Of a stretch of 33,482 nt of DNA, positions 28,831 to 33,482 are shown one piece after another. The stretch's first letter is position 1. Each line of letters starts with the position of its first letter. Both the position numbers and the translations under genes were made by a program. Source of the DNA: Deltaproteobacteria bacterium (GTDB taxonomy: Bacteria; Desulfobacterota; JADFXK01). The notes below the pieces were generated by a model, which did no database searches, had not been told where the DNA came from, and saw nothing but the letters and a program-made list of their open reading frames with translations. Location of the stretch: the NCBI GenBank assembly GCA_015233355.1, contig JADFXY010000005.1, positions 1-33,482 of the forward strand, in the 5' to 3' direction.

Positions 28831-28868
28831 GGTTACCTCCTCGGCACCTTTCCGGCAGGTCCCACAGG

Positions 28869-29342
28869 TTAATCGGACATTGATACATAGGGCTCTAGCT
28901 GATTCGAGGCGACCCTGGTGATGAGTTCCGCCGTTCCCGCGGTCAAGTCATATCCGGCCAGGTCGTCGAGGGACACCAACTCGGCTTCGAGGACATCTGA
29001 ATCCGGTCTCAGGTTTCCGTCCAAGACCCGGCACAGGAAGTCCACCAGGACGTAATGATACTGGATCCGCCCGGTTTCATCAGGGAAAATCCGATCCAGG
29101 ACAGAGACAATCCGGTCTGCCCGAACCTGCAATCCGACTTCTTCGGCCACTTCCCTCTCCACAGCTTCCTGGAGGGTCTCACCCAGTTTCACTGCGCCTC
29201 CCGGGATGCTCCATTTCAGATACCCTGGAGGCCGCCCCCTTTTGACCAGTAGGACCGATCCCCCGATAAAAATGACGGCGCCCACGCCCACAATGGGCCG
29301 CTCCGGGTAGATTCTGTTGTCGGTCTTAAGTTGTTTGATCAT
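28869..29342 (-). CDS. NUDIX hydrolase (ADP-ribose pyrophosphatase-like)
   Basis: Nudix box GGAVKLGETLQEAVEREVAEEVG; YPERPIVGVGAV; YHYVLVDF. Start uncertain (ATG 29342 chosen). Confidence 0.9.
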   Translation of the reverse strand: MIKQLKTDNRIYPERPIVGVGAVIFIGGSVLLVKRGRPPGYLKWSIPGGAVKLGETLQEAVEREVAEEVGLQVRADRIVSVLDRIFPDETGRIQYHYVLVDFLCRVLDGNLRPDSDVLEAELVSLDDLAGYDLTAGTAELITRVASNQLEPYVSMSD

Positions 29343-29532
29343 CACAACCACAAAGCAAGAGAAGGCAAAGGATGCCCTGGGTTTCAGCCATTTTTTGATA
29401 TGCCCGTTTTGGCGCCCCGAAATAAAATTTGACAACTGCCGGAAAAGGGATAATTATTAATATACGAAGAGTGTTGCAAAAGGCTCTAGTGAAAATAAAA
29501 TTTGAACGAATCTCTTATCGAGGTAGGTTATT

Positions 29533-30195
29533 ATGAGACCTGATGACGGGTTATTCAACAAAGGAATGCCTGTGTCGCTGACTTTTCATCACCAACGGCA
29601 GTTGGCTGTCTTTTCCGGACTGGTCGGCGATGACACCTTCGCCGTCAAAATGACCCATCCTATCCCGGCATCAGACATTTCCGATCCAAACGAAAAGTGG
29701 ATCATTACCTTCATCCTCAAGGACGGCCTGGCCTACCGCTTTGAAACCCGGTTGAAGGATAAGGATAAGTGGATAACCAGCCTGGTATTTCCATTCCCGG
29801 AGGTTATGCCGGGACAGCCCGTCCGGAGACATATCCGCTATGGTACATACTACTGGGCATTACTCTACGATCCGGAACAGAATGGAGCGGAAGGCCGGGT
29901 ATCCGAAATAGGAAATGGAACGGTGGTGGATCTGAGTCTAAGTGGCGCCAGGATCATGACGGATATGTCATCCCTCAGGATAAACCAGCGGGTGGTCTTG
30001 AAAATAGATTTAGGGGATGACGATATTGATCTGGATGAGAAGACCGGCAATTTACTTTACCAGGTATCTGCGGCAGTGCGTTATGTTGATCCGGCGCCGG
30101 ACGGATGCAGATACGCGGGTCTGGAGTTCCTTGAAAAGGAACCGGTCGTTAGCCAAAGGTTGAGGCAAATTATCTCCAAGTTTGAAACCCACTGA
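29533..30195 (+). CDS. PilZ-domain c-di-GMP receptor (YcgR/flagellar-brake-like)
   Basis: RRHIR (RxxxR) and DLSLSG (DxSxxG), AGLEF; N-terminal PilZN-like half; GAGG RBS. Confidence 0.85.
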   Translation: MRPDDGLFNKGMPVSLTFHHQRQLAVFSGLVGDDTFAVKMTHPIPASDISDPNEKWIITFILKDGLAYRFETRLKDKDKWITSLVFPFPEVMPGQPVRRHIRYGTYYWALLYDPEQNGAEGRVSEIGNGTVVDLSLSGARIMTDMSSLRINQRVVLKIDLGDDDIDLDEKTGNLLYQVSAAVRYVDPAPDGCRYAGLEFLEKEPVVSQRLRQIISKFETH

Positions 30196-30341
30196 TAACT
30201 TAAGCCGGCTCCACCGATCCGGTCGGCATTCAAGCCGCGCCGGTCACCCCTACCCCGTGCCCGTTACCCCATAAACAGCCCCGAAAATATACCATAAGAC
30301 GACCTACCCTTCGCCGCCGGAAACGGGGCTTCAAATGCCGG

Positions 30342-30680
30342 CTAGTTATTGGGCCGGTATCTGGCGGGCTCGTCAAAGTAGTCAAGTATCTGCGACCTGA
30401 CTCTGAAAGTGGCCGAATGAACTGCTCCGGCCGGAATAAAGTAAGAATCGCCTTTTTTCAGGTTCAGCGTCTGCCCATCGATCGTCAAGTCCAATTCACC
30501 GTCAATGACAATACCCCATTGGGCCCCGTGGGAATGGGGCGGGATTTTGGCAGAGGGTAAAATATCAAAAAAAACCATCTGTTGATCACCGGCCTGGACA
30601 AGCTTCCCCCTAACCCCAACCACGGGCAGGTCTATATCGGGCAGCCTTTCAATCATCTCCGGATAGTTACAGTCGTCCAT
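30342..30680 (-). CDS. Cupin domain protein
   Basis: PPHSHGAQWG and GDSYFIPAGAVH cupin motifs. Confidence 0.88.
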   Translation of the reverse strand: MDDCNYPEMIERLPDIDLPVVGVRGKLVQAGDQQMVFFDILPSAKIPPHSHGAQWGIVIDGELDLTIDGQTLNLKKGDSYFIPAGAVHSATFRVRSQILDYFDEPARYRPNN

Positions 30681-30742
30681 AGGAATTCTTTCCCGGCCTT
30701 TAAGCTCATGATCGGATTCGGCATGAGATTCATCTTCGGCCG

Positions 30743-31114
30743 TCAGTTGTTTATCCGCAGATGCTTCCGGATTGCTTCCTTTAATTCCGTCAGGTCCGAG
30801 GACTTGATCACATATTCATCACAAGCCCACGATCTGAAATCCTGTTTGTAGACTCCGTAGGCAGAGCAGAGAATAACGGGAAAGTCGGGCTTTAGTTCCT
30901 TAATTTGACGCAGGGCCTCGATACCGTTCATAACCGGCATTTTTATATCCATGACGATCAGGTCCAATGGAGTAGAGGTAAAGAAATCCACCGCCTCCTG
31001 CCCATTCCTGGCGATCAAGACTTCATATCCTTCATCCTCTAATTCCTCTTTATAAAGGATATTTATTCCCTCTTCATCATCTACGACCAGAATCTTTTTT
31101 TTGGCCTCATCCAT
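30743..31114 (-). CDS. Single-domain response regulator
   Basis: ILVVDDE, MDIKMPVMNG, CSAY, VIKS; no output domain. ATG 31114 (alternative GTG 31123). Confidence 0.93.
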   Translation of the reverse strand: MDEAKKKILVVDDEEGINILYKEELEDEGYEVLIARNGQEAVDFFTSTPLDLIVMDIKMPVMNGIEALRQIKELKPDFPVILCSAYGVYKQDFRSWACDEYVIKSSDLTELKEAIRKHLRINN

Positions 31115-31219
31115 AAGCTGCACCTCTCGTGAAGACTTGGCGGTCGACTGGAGTAAGTTCTATGGGGTGACATGAACCGGTATCAGTGTGGTCCCTTTTG
31201 ACACCAAGGTAATCTTAAA

Positions 31220-31247
31220 ATTTTACAAAAAAAGCCGGTCTTGTCAA
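31220..31247 (-). promoter_or_regulatory. Probable sigma70 promoter for the response regulator
   Basis: Minus strand TTGACA, 16-nt spacer, TAAAAT. Confidence 0.55.
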
Positions 31248-31370
31248 CATGAAAAAAGGGACCCCGACGCGTTTGTCAAGTCGATCACCCTTAATTCCCG
31301 CTTCCACAATGACTTGCCCTGACCGGCCACCAGGGCTAAAATGTGCCGGCAACAGGAACACCGCCTTTGC

Positions 31371-32465
31371 TCATGGCTCGATGGGCAGTTCCATGATCAC
31401 CGATACGCCTTGCCCAGGGCTGGTAATTATTTTTATCTCGCCGTCATGGTCTTCAATGATTCGCCTGGTCATGGCCAGTCCCAGACCCAATGTTTTTTCC
31501 TTCGTCGTGAAAAACGGATTAAACACATTAGCCAGGATATGACTATCCATCCCAGGCCCGTCGTCAGACACGGTGACCAGGGCAAAGCCCAGTTGTAGTT
31601 GCGTCTTGATGGTCAACGTCCCGGAGCACTCCTGGCACTCCAGGGAATTCTTAATCAAATTGATCAAGGCCTGTTTAATCAGTTCCCGATCCATCTGGAA
31701 AGCGGGCAGATCCGGATCAAAAAAAGTCTGCACCCGCCACTGGTGAACCCGAATTTGGGCATCCAGCATGGCCAAGGTTTCCCTGACCAGGGCGTTAAGA
31801 TCGGTCTCTTGCCGGAGTAGCTCATGGGCCCGGGCATACTCCATGATCCTCTTCAGCACCTGCTCTAGCCGGTTGGTCTCGTCGATGACGATGCGGAGCT
31901 TGTGTTGATCCGAGTTATCAGTCAGCCTGGGTGAGTTAAACACGGACCTGGCAAATCCGCCGATAGAGACCAGGGGGTTCCGAATTTCATGGGCGATAAA
32001 CGAGGCCAGCTCCGCCACAAGTTCCAGGCGCCGGGCATAGGAACGCTTTCGCTCCACCTTGACCCGTTCCTGGTCGATTCTGATCATGTCCAAGAACAAC
32101 CCGGCACTCACATGATCCATGACCTGAACATGAGGGAATTTGGCGGCCATGATTTGGTCCCGGACCTGGTCACTTCCGGTTAGTTCTATAATAATATCAA
32201 TATCTTTTCTGGTTATTGCGGCAAGTTCCAAACTGGTCGGAATACCTTTTTCTTGGGCGGCCAACATCCCGGGCGCCTGGAGGTCAAAATCCACCACCAC
32301 CTGAATAGTCACCTGCAACGGTCCAAAGGAGTCGGTCTGAAAAAGATCTTGAAAAAGCCTGCTTTCTTTCCCGCCACCGACTATGGCCACGTTAGTGTTG
32401 CGGGGGGCGATCTTCAGCCTGGCGGCAATCCTGGCCAGGTCTTCCAGGTCTCTATTATTGTGCAT
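31371..32465 (-). CDS. Cytoplasmic histidine kinase with N-terminal Rossmann-like domain
   Basis: NVAIVGGG..VVVD..IIIELTG; H-box AHEIRNPL; N-box QALINLIKNS; DDGPG; FNPFFTTK; GLGL. No TM. Start 32465 or 32486. Confidence 0.9.
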   Translation of the reverse strand: MHNNRDLEDLARIAARLKIAPRNTNVAIVGGGKESRLFQDLFQTDSFGPLQVTIQVVVDFDLQAPGMLAAQEKGIPTSLELAAITRKDIDIIIELTGSDQVRDQIMAAKFPHVQVMDHVSAGLFLDMIRIDQERVKVERKRSYARRLELVAELASFIAHEIRNPLVSIGGFARSVFNSPRLTDNSDQHKLRIVIDETNRLEQVLKRIMEYARAHELLRQETDLNALVRETLAMLDAQIRVHQWRVQTFFDPDLPAFQMDRELIKQALINLIKNSLECQECSGTLTIKTQLQLGFALVTVSDDGPGMDSHILANVFNPFFTTKEKTLGLGLAMTRRIIEDHDGEIKIITSPGQGVSVIMELPIEP

Positions 32466-32587
32466 AATATATTTGCCCCGCGGCAAGGTCCGGTCGTCCG
32501 AAATTTAAATATTCCCTTCTCGATTCAGACGCGACATTGGAATTCGGCCTGGGCCTGACAGAGAATGTTTGATCAAAAACACACCCC

Positions 32588-32812
32588 TTAATCAACCACC
32601 TCCTCAACTTGAACTACATCTGTTTCCCTCTGAAGCCTGCAGGCTATTTCCCCCGACGAGGCCGTGTCAAGAAATGATTTGACCGCTTCTTGCAAATTTT
32701 CCCGGGCCTGATCCAGGCTGTCGCCTTGGCTGGAAATACCCAACTCCGGGCATCGGGCCAGATACCCGGCTCCTTCGGGTTCGATCAGCGCGGTCAATTT
32801 GTACTTGGACAT
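32588..32812 (-). CDS. hicB: HicB-family antitoxin (short form)
   Basis: LTALIEPEGAGYLARCPELGISSQGDSLDQARENLQEAV; strong AAGGAGG RBS. Confidence 0.88.
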   Translation of the reverse strand: MSKYKLTALIEPEGAGYLARCPELGISSQGDSLDQARENLQEAVKSFLDTASSGEIACRLQRETDVVQVEEVVD

Positions 32813-32901
32813 ATAGACCTCCTTGGGAAATATCCATTCAAACTCATGGGTGCATCCGTCGTGGGACTTCCACCAAGAGAGCCGGCACCTTCCCTAAGAC
32901 G

Positions 32902-33480
32902 CTAGGCCGCGATTCGATTTAAAATTATGCCCTCTAACAACCCGGCGTCGGTGACCCGTAAATCCCGGCATCCGAACATGGTCATCACCTCAAGCACTAC
33001 GGCCGCCCCGCTCAGAATAATATCTTCACGGCCCGGATAAAGCCCTGGCAGAGTCAGCCTGGCTTGGGCCGGCAGACCGGCCATCCGATGATAAAGGCTC
33101 TGCAGCCGGTCGTAAGTCAACAAATGATTATCAATGACGGCCGGATCATAGTTGGTCATGGCCAAATCCATGGCGGCCAAGGTCGTGGCAGTGCCGGCCG
33201 TCCCGATCAGGCGGACCCGGCCTTTGATCGTCCGGATGGCGTCATCCAGCTCTGATTTGGCCCCGGTCAAGGCATCCTGAATGTATTGGGACATGGCCTC
33301 CTGTTGCCCCGGAGTAGGCGGATCAGTGACGATAAACCTCTCCCACAAACCCACCGCGCCCAGGCGGAGACTTAGCTTGCAAAGCACCTTATCCGAATGG
33401 AAGGCGATCAGCTCGGTGCTGCCCCCACCTACATCGACCAGAAGACCGGCCCGATTATCCTCCTCGGAAAGGACGGAGCG
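32902..33480 (-). CDS. ppx: Ppx/GppA phosphatase, 5' truncated by window edge
   Basis: Frame extends to window end: LLVDVGGGSTEL, LGAV, GTAGTATT, GREDIILSG, DAGLLEG. Confidence 0.92.
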   Translation of the reverse strand, partial: RSVLSEEDNRAGLLVDVGGGSTELIAFHSDKVLCKLSLRLGAVGLWERFIVTDPPTPGQQEAMSQYIQDALTGAKSELDDAIRTIKGRVRLIGTAGTATTLAAMDLAMTNYDPAVIDNHLLTYDRLQSLYHRMAGLPAQARLTLPGLYPGREDIILSGAAVVLEVMTMFGCRDLRVTDAGLLEGIILNRIAA

Positions 33481-33482
33481 CA

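Noticed and set aside
23653-33480. Nucleotide-signalling 'island' (cNMP, PhoH, NUDIX, PilZ, Ppx)
   Set aside because: Mixed orientations and separate transcription units of common genes; no evidence they form one system.

Overview
Gene-dense bacterial chromosome window. The gene set (multiheme c-cytochrome, 2-oxoacid:ferredoxin oxidoreductase, cmk-rpsA-sppA, Rossmann-fused kinase) suggests an anaerobic Desulfobacterota/deltaproteobacterium; this is inference only. Left to right: a truncated heme-c sensor chemoreceptor with an upstream tetraheme cytochrome; a BASS transporter behind a perfect sigma70 promoter and a long structured leader; a 2-oxoacid:ferredoxin oxidoreductase (delta/alpha/beta) operon interrupted by a GluR0-like ligand-gated K+ channel gene; four glycosyltransferase genes, two of them large coiled-coil multidomain proteins, one carrying a probable PRPP-dependent ribofuranosyltransferase (HAD + PRTase) module; rnb, ATP-grasp, sppA, rpsA, cmk; an archaeal-looking moaC; an NTT-HEAT-cNMP fusion; phoH; MBL hydrolase; NUDIX; PilZ protein; cupin; response regulator; histidine kinase; orphan hicB; truncated ppx/gppA. 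I found no rRNA, tRNA, CRISPR or transposase. The best leads are the channel inside the oxidoreductase operon, the ruler-type glycan machine with a ribofuranose module, and the NTT-HEAT-cNMP protein with an internal start. All calls come from reading motifs by eye; no searches were run.
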